Counted from the whole stretch's first letter, positions 12,689 to 26,060 are shown. The stretch is DNA of 63,141 nt, filler included, from Asterionella formosa (GCA_002256025.1; 25 parts of 25 records of this genome joined end to end with filler, not necessarily neighbours in it); one strand, 5' to 3'. Translations and numbers: made by a program. Notes: generated by a model from the letters alone, not told the origin.

Positions 12689-12815
12689 TCACATGAAACC
12701 GTTAAAAGTAATCTTTTTTACGTGAAGAGTGGCATTAATGCATGTGAAGTACCACATAATTAACACTCATACGTAGACGAAATTTCGAAAAGTGGCGTAT
12801 TTCGCGTCTTAGATG
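12689..12815 (-). mobile_element. CATCTAAG-ended element with subterminal repeats, subfamily B; near-identical copy at 29970-30331
   Basis: Reverse complement equals 29970 CATCTAAGACGCGAAATACGCCACTTTTCGAAATTTCG; 21-nt tandem unit TTTTAACTGTTTCATGTGAAG. Confidence 0.8.
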
Positions 12816-13103
12816 TAATAGCAATCTCAATTTTCGTTGTCATTATTAGTGTTGTTACTTTACTTCTTTTATGATTGTATTTTCTATGTTGTGCTTAAGG
12901 TTCCTGCATTTGATCCCCTAGCTCGAGGTAGGGTTACAAAATGTTGAGTCAGACTAATCAAACAAATATTTATCACCTCTAAAATAAATATGTAAAACGC
13001 TCAACAGAGCGTTCACCATTAGACACGCACCTTTCAACATACAGTCTTCAGACAAAGAAGGGGTGTAGACTAGGTCCTCCCTATATATTCTCAGGATATA
13101 GGA

Positions 13104-13232
13104 TCTGGCGAGAAACTGCAGAAAGGAACTTCGGTTTTTTACTATGCTAAAAATATTAGAAAATTAGGGGGAAATCTGTTTATTTGTTATGGTTAAAAAA
13201 ACCGAAGTTCCTTTCTGCAGTTTCTTGCCAGA
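13104..13232. mobile_element. MITE of about 130 bp with about 36-bp TIRs
   Basis: TCTGGCGAGAAACTGCAGAAAGGAACTTCGGTTTTTT pairs with AAAAAACCGAAGTTCCTTTCTGCAGTTTCTTGCCAGA, one mismatch. Confidence 0.85.
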
Positions 13233-15926
13233 AGATATGTACTGATGCTATTTGTAGGTTGTTACTATCTATGTATTGAAATCGCCTTCAGACCCAGTCG
13301 ACGTTGAGCTATCATCGTCAAAAAATCCGACAAAATCTGCCTTTTCTACAGTCTCCAAAACAACGGAATCAGAATCATTAATCGCGGAAACGTCATCATC
13401 GGAATGATAGTCTTGTGCTAAAAATTTTAGTCGTAAAATCTGCTGTACAAAAAGTTCCATTGTAAGGGCACACTGCATTATTCATATTCCGATTAATAAT
13501 GCTTACATCCGTTCGATTGGCCCGGTTTATGAGGTCTTGCAATCCCACGCCTGCCACACTAGATACACATGCAACATTTTCTTGGTATCTGGTACTACGG
13601 AGTAGGAGTACTGAGAGTTATCGGTTATCTAATTTTACTGGCTATCATTTCTAACCCAAAAGAATGATCTGTAATTGATAAAGTTTGATTTGTATATCTT
13701 ATAGGTTTGATCAACAAAGTATATTGATCATATGATAACATACAGTGTAATTGATATGTGAAAAAAAATGATAAAAATTATTATATGATTTGTACCATAT
13801 GAAAAATGCAGCATGACTCCCTCTTATTGAACAAGGGCTTAATTAAGTCACTGACTTGTTGGTACAAACATTGATACTGAATTTTTTTCAAAAACAGTAC
13901 ATCAGGTCGTGGAAAACAATGATTTCTTAGTGCATTCTATATATTTGAATTATGTATAAGCTTAACTGATGATTTAATATACGCATTATTTGCGATATAA
14001 AGAGGGTCGTTGAACTATGCAAGTTTTCAACTGTATATATGTTTATACATTTACAAATTTTTATAAATGTGTACATGGCCAATACATTTGAAATCATGTT
14101 TAACGGTTCCTTGCCATGCACACCGGTATACTTATGCGATATTCGAGTGACACATTATTTTACAGAATATTGATTTCTGGTAAATGAAAGAATGTAAAAT
14201 GGAACTGCCATGTTGAGGTTTTCAGAAAACATGGCTAAGGACTAATTCATTCTCATAGTTGGTATGATTAGAAAATCAAAATGGAGGATATAACAATGGA
14301 ATAGCGCATGCGAATTCAGAATCATAGCAAGAGGAAAGGAGAGAGGCAGAAAACAGTCCTCAGACAAGTTTCAGAATCAGTGTGAAAGGGAGGCAGGAGG
14401 CAAGCATCAAGAGCATTGAGACAATAGAAAAGGAGGGGAACATTGTGTAACTGCACAGAATATAGGAACGTAAAAATCATTTCTAGTTATAGCAGTAAAA
14501 TTACATTCCAATTCAACCTATTCTCATCAGTGATTTCGATTAGAACTACTATAAAGTTAAGATAGATATATGATGAAATGATGTACATCACAGGATAATA
14601 TTTTGATAATTATATGGTGTGCTGTGTTAGTAGAAGCAAGTATGCTTGAACTCATCTTTTACTTATAGTGTGCATTTTTCATACATAAAGCGGAATAAAT
14701 ATCATGTGGCGAAAATTTCTGTGCCAGTTAGCGTACAATACCTGTGATCTTATGCTCTTTGGACGCAATGTTGTGCCTGGGGGCATCAGTGGGTCTCACC
14801 AAGTTGTCATTGTGGATGACTTTACAGGTAGAGATGAGACTGCTATTGCAGTCATTTCGTTAGGAGACAATGGAGTAGTATTTTGCAGGGATGGCAAGGC
14901 TTGTTGCTGTGTTATATTAATTGGTAGGCAATTAATTGCAAATAATTAAAAATACATGGGAGGTATGCTGAAAGTGTAGGAGTTACTGAAAAACTCTTCG
15001 GATGTTGCCATTCAGTGAAAGAGTGAACATGGATTTGGAGGAGCAAGTATTTCCTTCCTTGATGCACATCATAGTCAAAAAGGAATGACATGATGTGGAT
15101 ATTATTGATTTGGACAGTGTTGAGAANNNNNNNNNNNNNNNNNNNNNNNNNNNNNNNNNNNNNNNNNNNNTTAATTAATTAANNNNNNNNNNNNNNNNNN
15201 NNNNNNNNNNNNNNNNNNNNNNNNNNGCTGGACATAGTCATATAGATGGAAACTGTTATGAGAATGAATGTATCAGTACCTGTTGTTTGTCTTTTGATAT
15301 CAATATGTAGAAGTGAACTTTGTTGTACTTACCAGAGTGATGGTCATGTAAAAATGTTACAAATTATTATAATGTTATGCATGTCATATACATAATTCGC
15401 ATTCGCGGGTGAGTCCTGTAGGACATGGTGGAGTGGAAATATTCGTTAATACTTTTTGGTATGGTTTCGCAATTCCGTGGCATGTACTCCGTAGACAGAA
15501 AAGAGAGCATTTTTTTCAGTATACTTGCAGTCCCGTATTTTGAGCTTTGTAGATTTGTACAAGTGACCAGGTACGAAATTTGAAATTATGATCAGTATAA
15601 TGTACGTATTATGTCAATGTATCTGTACATTCCACTGGCAGTTTGTTTTTGACAGTGCTTTATGGAAAAATATATTTATGCATATATATACATTTTTGAA
15701 CCGTGTTTGTATACACATGTATAGAGACGTATACATTGAAGTATTTGATTTATTTTGTTTGTTAAGTTTTTAAGGGTGTTCCCATGTTGTCGGTAGTTCG
15801 TACTGGAATTTTTGCCATGTAATATGTACGAGGTAATATATTATTTTTGTTGCGGTACTTGCTGTTTTGACCAATGTATTGTATGTAAACCGTGTTATTG
15901 ATTGTCTGATGTCGTCTTATTTGCTG

Positions 15927-16323
15927 TACCAATGCTAAGGTGCAAGAAAATGGTTGTGGTGCAATTAGCAACTTGGCTTTGAATGACAACAACAAGGTGA
16001 CAATTGCTGATGCAGGAGGTATCACTACGATTCTGTCTGCAATGAAAACTCATTCCTCCAATGATACTGTACAAGAGCATGTTTGTGTAGCACTTAGGAA
16101 CTTGGCTGTGAATGAAAACAACAAGGTGACAATTGCTGAAGCAGGAGGTACTGTGCAAGAGCATGGTTGTGCAGCACTGCAAACCTTGGCTGTGAATGAA
16201 AACAACAGAGTGAAGATATCCAATGCTGGTGGAAAAGCCGTAATTGAGTCTTCTATGCTAAATTACTCATCCAATGCTGGTGTTCAAGAAAAAGGTAATG
16301 GAGCACTTCGCAATTTGTGGTAA
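15927..16323 (+). pseudogene. Armadillo-repeat protein, C-terminal fragment
   Basis: Repeated VQExGCxALxNLAxNxxNKVTIAxAGG units; no clear start; one repeat has an internal deletion; CpG-poor. Confidence 0.8.
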
Positions 16324-17159
16324 TGATCATAATGGTTATATTTAGGAGGATCAACTAGTATTTATTATTGTAATTACGGAACTGTTATGTTTTGATTATC
16401 AATTAGTAGGGTACGTTTTTGTTAAACTGTTTGTTGAAATTTACGTTTACACTCTTCTAAATGGATGTTTCCCTGATTATGATACATACATGGTGAGCAA
16501 TGCTCGTTTTGTAAACTTGTTCATTTTGCATACAGAAGGATCCATCAACATGGACATGGAGATGGAGATGAATAGCACACCGTCACTATCTGGGGGTAGC
16601 CGGAATGAAACAAGTCCAAATATAATGTTTGCGCAACAGCAACAAATCAGACATGATTCCTCTGAGAAAGTGATGAGTGAGTACCGGTACCATGTACTGG
16701 TACCAGGTACCTGTCGTATCCCCGTCGTCTTGGTCTACAGTATTAGGTGTTTATTTATATAGAGGAGGATCAGAACAGCTGGATATGTTCCGATCCTGAG
16801 AATTTGAGAAAAAGAAATACGTATGTTTGCATACCAAGTCAATTCAGTGATTACGTATGCACTATTTACGTATGGAATCAGAATCACCCTACAGGAAGAG
16901 AGGAACGGATTAACCATTGGAGATCAGTTTATATCATAATTTTAGTTTACGTTTTACATTTAAACCTTTATTATCCGGTATTGCCACTGAGAATATCGTC
17001 ACTGTTTAAGACGGTTTCTGGACATTGGGCTGTTTCGTCTGCTTCAACATCAACAAGAGAGGCACTGCTGGCAAGTTCGGGATCAACCACAAGTTCAGCA
17101 TTGAATAGTGTTGCAGGTTCCAGCTGGCCTTGTTCACTTCTGAATCTCATGGGTGGCAA

Positions 17160-17334
17160 AATCATTGTCACCATTCAAAAAGGAATCATGCTGTGGAGTG
17201 ATTGTTCGAATAAAGACGTGACAGCCTGTGACCAGTATGTTTCGGTACAGTTGCGCATTGACACCAGGTCCGAAGCAGCAGGCACGTTTGAGCAGAAGGT
17301 GAAAACCTTCGCCAACGGTACCACCGAGGAGTAA
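17160..17334 (+). pseudogene. Gypsy gag-like fragment
   Basis: VQLRIDT..EAAGTFEQKVKTFANGTTEE resembles the FxxGTPEE motif at the start of diatom Gypsy gag. Confidence 0.4.
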
Positions 17335-17547
17335 GTACATTAGGTGGAAATTAGCATTTGCCAATGTCATCAGGCTTTTTTTTTATCATGCTCCGGGCTC
17401 GGCACATGCCGCGCCTACATTCATTATAGCCAAAAAAAGGTACTGTCCGCCCGCGTAGTTTCGGACTTTCGCCGGCTTCAAGCAAAAATATCAAACGAAA
17501 ACCGTTCCTATCCCAAAAATATCCGAACTCATCCAAGATTGAACAAG

Positions 17548-17662
17548 GGTTAACATATGCCACGGCATTAGACCTTAACATGGGATACTATACAATTCGT
17601 TTAGATAAAGAGGCACAAAACTTAAGTGCTATAATTTTCCCTTGGGGCAAGTATAGATATAA
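17548..17662 (+). pseudogene. Gypsy reverse transcriptase fragment
   Basis: Translates as GLTYATALDLNMGYYTIRLDKEAQNLSAIIFPWGKYRY. Confidence 0.85.
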
Positions 17663-17762
17663 NNNNNNNNNNNNNNNNNNNNNNNNNNNNNNNNNNNNNN
17701 NNNNNNTTAATTAATTAANNNNNNNNNNNNNNNNNNNNNNNNNNNNNNNNNNNNNNNNNNNN

Positions 17763-20197
17763 CCTTCTCCCACTGCCCAAAAGAAGGGTATTGATGCCAG
17801 CTTGCCTTTTGCAGATGAAGCAAAGGAGGAAGAACGAGCACGGGACTCTGACTCTTCACATGGAGAAGTCCAGCATGTTGTGAAGGAACATGATGACCAC
17901 AAGGCTGGGCGAGGGTCTAACATTTCGTACCAGGATTCTTCGAAGGTGGTGGAGCATGAAGAACCAGCACCTACGCCAACCTATCCTGGAGCCATTGCGG
18001 TGGGAGGGAGAGATCGTGCACGTCCTAGTGCTGAAGTTACAAACAATGAATGGAATGTAGAGGAGTCCCATGTAATCGGTCAACAACCACTTGCCATTCA
18101 TGGCATAGAGGAAGGCCAACACCAACAAGAGGCCGTGTATGCCACTCTTGTTGATGAATTTCCCACTTCTGTGCGTACCACCATGGCGGCTGTCGACATT
18201 GAAGCTGAAGTGAAGGCCCAACGTCACCGTAGCATGATAAACATCATGATATCTTGTGGACTCACAAGTCTTGTTGCCATTGTAGTGGTTGTCCTTGCAG
18301 TTGTGCTTACTCAGAACAACAAAACGAATAATCCAACATCATATGTTCCGGACAATCAAACGTTGGCCCCCACATTTGTAATTCCCTCTACACCATTGTT
18401 ATTTTTTTTGTCGAATAACTCGTTTGACAATGGGGCTGCGCTTTTGACTAATGGCACACCACAACAGCAGGCAATGGTCTGGTTGGAAAATGAGAAAGGT
18501 ACATCAGAAATCATGTATACTGATAAGTTGCTCCAAATCTATGCCTTGGTGACTCTTTATTATGCAACCTCTGGAGACCAGTGGCTCAACCGTGGTTCTA
18601 ACGATGACAGTGGCAGGTCATTGTGGCTGTTCAGTACCTACAATTATTGTGAATGGTTTGGATTGAAATGTGATGCAGATAGAATCCAGGTGATAGATTT
18701 GCAAAACAATACCTTAAATGGGTCCATTCCCCTGGAAATTGGTCTTTTGTCAAGTTTAGGTAAGTTAATACAACCGGCAAGATACAAAAACAAATCATTG
18801 AAGATTGCTCACTAATGAAATGAGTCATATCATTTTACGACAAAGAATCTATTTATTTTTCAAGAAATGCCATAAATGGATCACTACCAAGTGAACTGGG
18901 TCTATTGAGAAGTTTAGGTAAGTTTACATACCGAGCAAGAGACAAAAACAAATCATTGAAGATTGCCCACTAATGAAATGACTCATATCATTTTACATCA
19001 AAGTGACTATTGATTTTTCATCAAATGCCATAGTTGGATCAATACCAAGTGAACTGGGTCTATTGACAAGTGTTATATTGTTGTCTGTAGATATTAATCA
19101 GCTTACTGGCCCAATTCCATTGGAGCTTGGACAGTTGACCAACATCATATTATTGTCATTGCTTGATAACCAGTTGACAGGAACACTTCCAACAGAGATA
19201 GGCCAATTGACTAACCTTGTTCAATTATTATTGGCAGGTAATTTTTTGAAGGGAACACTTCCTTCAGAGATTGGATCCTTGACAAGTCTAACACTATTGA
19301 ATCTACTTTCAAATCAGTTGACTGGTGCACTTCCGACAGAAATTGGGAATTTGAAAAATGTTGTAAATTTTGATGCAAGCTGGAACCTTTTCAATGGAAA
19401 ATTTCCTACAGAGATTGGATTCTTCACAAAACTAACATCATTGTATTTATATGATAATCAAATGACTGGAGCAATTCCGACAGAAATTGGCAAATTAACA
19501 AGCCTTATGAGATTTTACGCCTACAGCAACCGTCTCAATAGCACCCTTCCTACAGAGATTGGACTCTTGACAAGTTTAACCAGCTTGTCTCTTTTTGCTA
19601 ATCATTTGACTGGCACTATGCCTACAGAGGTTGCATTCTTGACAAGCCTAACATTATTGTATCTATTTGAGAATCAATTGACTGGTTCTTTTCCGACAGA
19701 AATTGGCAATTTGACAAGTCTCATAGAATTTAGAGCCTACAGCAACCATTTCAACAGTACAATTCCTACAGAGATTGGATTCTTGACAAGTCTAACATCA
19801 TTGTATCTATATGATAATCAATTGACTGGTGCATTTCCGACAGAAATTGGCAATTTGAAAAATGTTGCTATATTTGATGCAACCACAAACCTTTTCAATG
19901 GAACACTTCCTTCAGAAATTGGACTATTGACAAGTCTAACATCATTGTATCTAATTGATAATCAATTGACTGGTGTACTTCCGACAGAAATTGGCCATTT
20001 GACAAGTCTCAATGATTTTCAGATTTCTTCCAATATGTTTACTGGTGCAATTCCCACAGAAATTGGTCTAATGTCTTTATTGAGTAAGTTTTGCTTATCT
20101 GAAACTTCTATTTCTTGACCATTTGTTCTAAAATTTTACTTTCTTGACAGTTGTATTATCTTTTGGAAAGAATAATTTTACAGGGCCAGTTCCAACA
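17763..20197 (+). CDS. Transmembrane LRR receptor-like protein, partial at both ends; exons ..18759, 18846-18917, 19004-20083, 20151..
   Basis: Disordered N-terminus with YPGAIAV motif, TM helix LVAIVVVVLAVVL, cap motif YALVTLYYATSGDQW...CEWFGLKC, 24-aa plant-type LRRs (LxxNxLTGxIPTEIG), three phase-1 GT-AG introns. Confidence 0.92.
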
Positions 20198-20352
20198 NNN
20201 NNNNNNNNNNNNNNNNNNNNNNNNNNNNNNNNNNNNNNNNNTTAATTAATTAANNNNNNNNNNNNNNNNNNNNNNNNNNNNNNNNNNNNNNNNNNNNTGT
20301 ACAAGTTGAAAACAGATCACCCTTAATATCCTTTTATCATTGTGTCCTTCGC

Positions 20353-21006
20353 TTACTCCTGTCCAGCTTGAAACAGAGCCGACTTTTCCAAAAGACCACG
20401 TCGGTTGTGCACCTTGACAATGTTTCCATCGGCTGCCAGTTCGCCAGAACGGCGCATGCGAACATAATCCTCTCTAGGGTACTTGGTGAATCCCCATTTG
20501 AGACTCTTGAGAATCTTCTGTCGTCCAGCAAACTTGAACTTTCCACGTCGAATGGCTTCAATGACGTGCGGTTCGTTGGCATCCTTGGATCTGACCGAGA
20601 TAAGAATTTGTCCAATTTTAACTCTAGCCGCAACACCAATGGGCTTTCCGTAGGAGTGGCGCATTCCTGACGAGAGTCTATCGGCTCCCGCGCAGGACAA
20701 CATTTTATTGGCACGTAGGACGTGAAACGGGTGAGCCCGGATACGAATGTGGTAGTTGTCCTTTCCAATGGTCTTGGTCAAGTGCTTGTTGATGGCGACA
20801 CGGCAGGCTTCTAGGGCCTCCGAGGAGACTTGCTGCTTCTCGTCCGTGGCAAGGTGAGCCACAAAGGGGAAGAGATCGACGGGGGCCTTCTTTGCACCGA
20901 CATCAAAAATTCGGATTTTGGCTTCTGGCACACCACGGCAGTAGCGGGACTTGATGTACGGCTTGTTCTTTTGGTAGCGGTAGCAGCGGGATGGACGGCG
21001 ACCCAT
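20353..21006 (-). CDS. RPL10: 60S ribosomal protein L10 (uL16)
   Basis: [27 protein letters not shown]...[17 protein letters not shown]...KWGFTKY; intronless; true start at 21006. Confidence 0.98.
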   Translation of the reverse strand: MGRRPSRCYRYQKNKPYIKSRYCRGVPEAKIRIFDVGAKKAPVDLFPFVAHLATDEKQQVSSEALEACRVAINKHLTKTIGKDNYHIRIRAHPFHVLRANKMLSCAGADRLSSGMRHSYGKPIGVAARVKIGQILISVRSKDANEPHVIEAIRRGKFKFAGRQKILKSLKWGFTKYPREDYVRMRRSGELAADGNIVKVHNRRGLLEKSALFQAGQE

Positions 21007-21589
21007 GTTGGACGAATTGCTGTTTCTGAGAAAGGAAGAGTGAGGGACTACAGTTTGTAATTCATTGATACATTCATGCGTCGACGCTTCCACCAGACGC
21101 CCTTCCCGTGATTTTCATGGTTCGACGCTGGCGTGAAACGTGGATACGATCGCGAATTCGATGGACGACGGAAAACAGCAATCCCATGGTACATACACAC
21201 ACCTTGACCGCACAAGAAAATAGATTGTCCAAGATGCTGTATTTATTACGCACGATAATCCATAGCAGGAGCAAGTAAGTGGCAAGGGCGGTAAAACTCA
21301 ATGTTTGTCTGTCTAGTATGGCCTTTTTTGGTGTCCGTGTCTGTGTGAAGGGACGACAAGTGGATGCCCCGGCAGAACCTGTTTTGTCATGACGAATGAC
21401 CACAGTGAATGACTATGGCTTCGACCGTGTAAATGTGTCATCTCACGACCACAATTCTGACGATGCGTTGTTCCTATTGGCTATTTTTTGTACATGCCGG
21501 TAATTGTTTATTTCTATCATGAACCATGAGCGAGCAGTAATTAAATTTCATTCATCTCGTGCGTTCAATTTATAATACCTGTATATACA

Positions 21590-22729
21590 ATGGCTGATGC
21601 GGAACCCACCATTGCTGTTCTCCCTCCACTCAATAGTGGCCATGACGACTATGGTACGTCCTCCTCCGATGATGATGACGACGAGTATGATGAGGCAGAA
21701 GCACTTCGAACCTGCCGTCTCAAACAAGGCAAGTGTCCACAATGTGGACAAGAATTGTACAAGTTGGTGCGACGAGGGGTCTTCAGGAAAAAATCAACGT
21801 TTCTACCATTGACAGTGGAAGGGCTTGTTGTTAGAGGTCAATGTTTGAAATGTCTTGATGGAGATGAAGCACTGGCCATTGCCTTGTCCAGCATGCCAGA
21901 TGGCTTCGTAGCACTACAGGAGCCACCCACAGATGGTGCGACATCGTCGAACATTGAAGGCTTTGAGCCAATCATCACAATTCCAATTGCCACCTACGTA
22001 TCCACCAATGCAGCAGTACAGCAGGTCGATGTTACTTATACAGGTGGATTTAATAATCATGGAGAACGGCATGGGAATGGAGTATTGGTATGGAGCAATG
22101 GTGATAAATATGTTGGAACGTTTTGGAATGGACTCCGTGAAGGGGAAGGGACCATTCAATTTGCAGATGGTACGTATTCGAGTTGAATAATCTATTGCAA
22201 ATGATATTCAAAATACTTTTCAACCATATCAACTGACGCACACACGTATACGTATACACACGCAATAGGATCCGAGTATGTTGGGAATTGGGAAAATAGC
22301 AAAATGCATGGTCAAGGGACTCGTCGGTTCAATAATGGAAATGTCTTTAATGGTACTTACAGAGAAGGTAAACGAAGTGGTCATGGTCGATGCTATTTTG
22401 CCAATGGTGACATGTATGTTGGTGAATGGAAATCAGATGCCATGTCAGGCTTTGGACGTTACTATTACAATGATGGCCAATCTTTTGAAGGATCCTTTCT
22501 AGAGGGAAAGAGACACGGGAAGGGCAAGTATCAACTCACTGATGGTCGAGTGGATATATACCGGTACATTAATGATATAAGAGTTGGAGAAGGGGTTCGC
22601 TGGTCGACCAATAGGAGGAAGGCATGGCGATTAGTCGACGGGAAACCGAAGGGGAAAATAAGTTTACAAATTGCTTCACAAATCATGCTTCACATCGGAG
22701 AAGGTCAACCAGAATTGCCAGGAGTATAG
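21590..22729 (+). CDS. MORN-repeat protein with an N-terminal Cys motif; intron 22170-22268
   Basis: Repeated YxGxWxxGxRHGxG units; GTACGT...CAATAG intron joins the two ORFs in frame (FADG/SEYVGNW); CPQCG...CLKC upstream. Confidence 0.9.
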
Positions 22730-22832
22730 TATNNNNNNNNNNNNNNNNNNNNNNNNNNNNNNNNNNNNNNNNNNNNTTAATTAATTAANNNNNNNNNNNN
22801 NNNNNNNNNNNNNNNNNNNNNNNNNNNNNNNN

Positions 22833-23268
22833 GCATGCCGTTCCGAATGAGCAGGCTTTATTTCATTAATGAAACTCTTTAATTTAGTTGAATGAACTCC
22901 AGAAAATTACGTAAACAAATGTGTTACATATTAAGTGAACTTTATTCTAGAATTATGTGAACGAAATTACAGAATTACGTGAAGTATTTCAAATAATTAT
23001 GTGAAGTATTTTCAAATAATTATGTGAAGTATTTCAAATAATTATGTGAAGTATTTCAAATAATTATGTGAAGGTGATCACATAATATAGTGATGATCAG
23101 GAATGCATGCATGATACTTTGATCAAATATTTAACGTGATGTATTCAAATAATATATAGATATATTCAACTACGTATTTTGATGTTTTCAACTAATTCAT
23201 GTGATGCATTCAAAATTAACTAGGCTTATTTATGTGATGGTCACTTCACGTAATACGCGGCTTAGATG
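22833..23268 (-). mobile_element. CATCTAAG-ended element, subfamily A, inserted in a Copia integrase; copies at 44023-44410, 54100-54430 and, diverged, 25380-25640
   Basis: Near-identical reverse-complement match to 44023-44410; 22-nt tandem unit TATTTCAAATAATTATGTGAAG. Confidence 0.85.
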
Positions 23269-25265
23269 TGTGGAACAAATGCACACCATCAAAATGGTGT
23301 AGCAGAACAGGCTATTAGAACAGTATCTGACATGGCACGCTCAATGATTCTCCATGCTTCCAGTCATTGAAAAGGAGGGATCGACAGCACACTTTAGCCT
23401 ATAGCAGTTACTTACACTGTGCACCTTTACAATCATACACCAAATAATCATTCCTTTTGCCCAGCTGATCTCTACACTGGAAGCACAATTCCCAGACATT
23501 ATCTGCGAGATCTTCACACTTGGGGATGTCCAATGATTTCTTGACCCAACTCTTCAATCTGGGAAGAAATTGCCTAGATATCAACCACGATCACGACGAG
23601 GTGTGTTCCTTGGATTGAGCTCCATTCACTCCAGTGAAGTCCCCTTGGTCCTTAATTTGCTAACTGGGAGTATTACCACTCAATATCTTGTGGTTTTTGA
23701 CGACAGTTTCTCCACGGTGGCGTCAATTGGAAAAGATGAAGACCCTCCTGAATACTGGGACGGTTTGTGTCTGGAAAATACAATCTACATACCGAACGAT
23801 TCAAACACTGAAACACCAATGCATCTTCAAGACGACTGGCTCACTTCAGATGAACAAGCACAAAAACAGAGGGAGCTTCATCGACAACAGCGGATTCGTA
23901 CCACATTTAACCCCACACACTTCATTACGGCAGCTTTACCACCTGAAGGACCATCAACACCAGCAGAAAATATCGGCATTTTAGAGGGAGCATCTGCTCC
24001 AATACCTCTCCTAAAGCACCTATTCCACTCAGCACTGATAGTGCACACACAAAACACATACCAGATTCTATTGCAAGTTCACCTCACTCTTCACCACCAG
24101 TGCCAGCAGTTCGAGGGTCAGAATAATTGTACAAAATATATTGACGAAGTATAGTTGACCATGCTGGATCAAACCAAGCATGACAATTTCTACAAGAAAC
24201 AACTGGCATATTCAGCAGAATTACTTACCTGTTTTGACAGTTGTTCACAACATTACTGACCCTCGAGTGTATGCATCCAAAACACGCCGCAAAGATGACC
24301 CTGATTCTCCAAAGTTTCATCAGGCTATTCATGGCAAAAATTCAGAAAAGTACATTAAAGCCATGCAAATAGAGATTGCAACTCTCATTCTTCAACGTAC
24401 CTGGGAATCTGTGCCGAGAACTGCAAACCTCAATGTATTAAAAGGAACATGGGTATTCAAACTGAAACGGCTCCCAGGTGGCACACCTTATCGCTTCCAA
24501 GCACGCGTTTGTGCACAAAGAGATCTCCAAAAGGAGGGCATTGTCTTCTTCGAGACCTATGCACCTGTTTTACTTTCGTCTACCATTCGCTTGCTATTGT
24601 TAACTGTTCTCACTGAGGGCTGGTCAACCCGTCAAGTCAACTACACCAACGCATTTGCTCAAGCCAATCTCAAAGAATAAGTATATCTGGAATACCTCGC
24701 ATTTTGGACCCAAGTCCGGCACCAATAAAGTGTTGCGACTGCTAAAAAATCTATATGGACTTCGTCAAGCTCCTTGCACCTTCTTTGAGAAACTTCGGGA
24801 GGGACTTTTGGAACATGGGTACACTCAATCTCAAATTGATCCATGCTTGTTCATGAAACAAGGAATTATTTGTGTCTGCTATATCGATGACACCATATTT
24901 GCTGGAGCGGACTCACTTGTTCTTGAAGCAAAAATCCAAAGCCTTGGCGTCCATGAAAAGGAACAGCGTCACACTTTTGCACTTAGAAATGAAGGAGAAG
25001 TTGGTGCCTTTCTTGGAATTCAAATATAAAAAACTTGACTGCAGGAATATAATCTCACTCAAACCGGACTAATTGACACAAAGTCCTTGCAGCAACTGGC
25101 ATGTCTGATTGTAATGGAGTGGATACACCATTGACTAATACTCCCTCAGAAAATGATTTCGATGGAGATCCGTTCACTGAAACCTGGCAATACAATTCAA
25201 TCATTGGCATGCTGATGTACCTGACTGCAAATACCCGCCCAGATATTGCTTATGCCATTCATCAA
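23269..25265 (+). pseudogene. Copia pol remnant (integrase C-half, RT, start of RNase H region)
   Basis: AHHQNGVAE, PRSRRGVFLG, GTWVFKLKRLP, ETYAPV, LYGLRQAP, CYIDD, TRPDIAYA; several stops and frameshifts. Confidence 0.93.
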
Positions 25266-25699
25266 NNNNNNNNNNNNNNNNNNNNNNNNNNNNNNNNNNN
25301 NNNNNNNNNTTAATTAATTAANNNNNNNNNNNNNNNNNNNNNNNNNNNNNNNNNNNNNNNNNNNNTAGCTAGCTAGTAGCTTCATCAAAATGCGCACTTG
25401 AATACAGCAACGTGGTGTTTTCTGAACAATACATCACCTTCATTACTTAATCAAAATATCATGCACCATGCAGTACTGATCATCACTATATTTCGAGAAA
25501 ACCTTTATGTAATTCTTTGAACTTCTTGTTCCCGTAATTCTGTAATTTAGGTCATGTTACCACCATTTTATTTCTTTAACATAGGTAGTAACTACTTTAA
25601 ATTTCCTCCATATAGCGAACTCTAGAAATCTATTCACATAACCAGGGCGGCATTTAATTATAAAAGTTAGTGTGTTTTATAGCCCATTCGTACTCATCT

Positions 25700-26060
25700 C
25701 TTTCAAGGCAAATATTTCATTCTGCTACCTGCTGCCGACAAGACCCGTGCTTCCCTAGTTTTGTTAGCGTAGGTGAGTCCCCAACCACCTTTCGCGAAAG
25801 GTGATCGTCTTTGCCGCAGCGTTAGGGGAAACTCCGACCGCCTAGGAAGGCGGCACAAGCTGCTTGTAGGGGGGGGGCAACTCTCTATTTCTTGCACACC
25901 AGGCAAGACCGTGCGGGACGGTAAGGAGTGTGGGAGTCGAACTCAACAATTGCTTCTCAAAAAAATTGCGGGAATCGAACCTCACAAACTATTGCGGGAA
26001 TCGAACCTCACAACCTCAGATCAAAGGCAACATTGTTCTTAACCACTAAGCCATTCCCTC
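25700..26060 (-). mobile_element. tRNA-headed SINE-like element or structured Pol III RNA
   Basis: Minus strand: A box TGGCTTAGTGG (26043-26053), B boxes GGTTCGATTCC twice plus GAGTTCGACTCCC, followed by a GC-rich multi-hairpin body. Confidence 0.6.

Noticed and set aside
20337..21060. Alternative-frame and antisense ORFs over RPL10 (likewise over UTP11, Copia and pogo ORFs)
   Set aside because: Shadows of real coding sequence with no recognisable motifs.
21007..21093. 29-aa N-terminal extension of RPL10 in the ORF track
   Set aside because: It relies on a non-ATG start; the conserved protein begins MGRRP at 21006.
22559..22566. TACCGGTA inside the MORN gene as a footprint
   Set aside because: It is in frame within intact coding sequence (IYRYI) with no empty-site comparison; chance occurrence is sufficient.
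22960..23075. 22-nt direct repeats (also 30080-30331) resembling a CRISPR array
   Set aside because: Units are head-to-tail with no unique spacers, no cas genes are present, and they lie in transposon subterminal regions of a eukaryote.
25990..26060. Possible tRNA gene
   Set aside because: A and B boxes are present, but I could not fold an acceptor and anticodon stem, and the B box is tandemly duplicated; treated as tRNA-derived.
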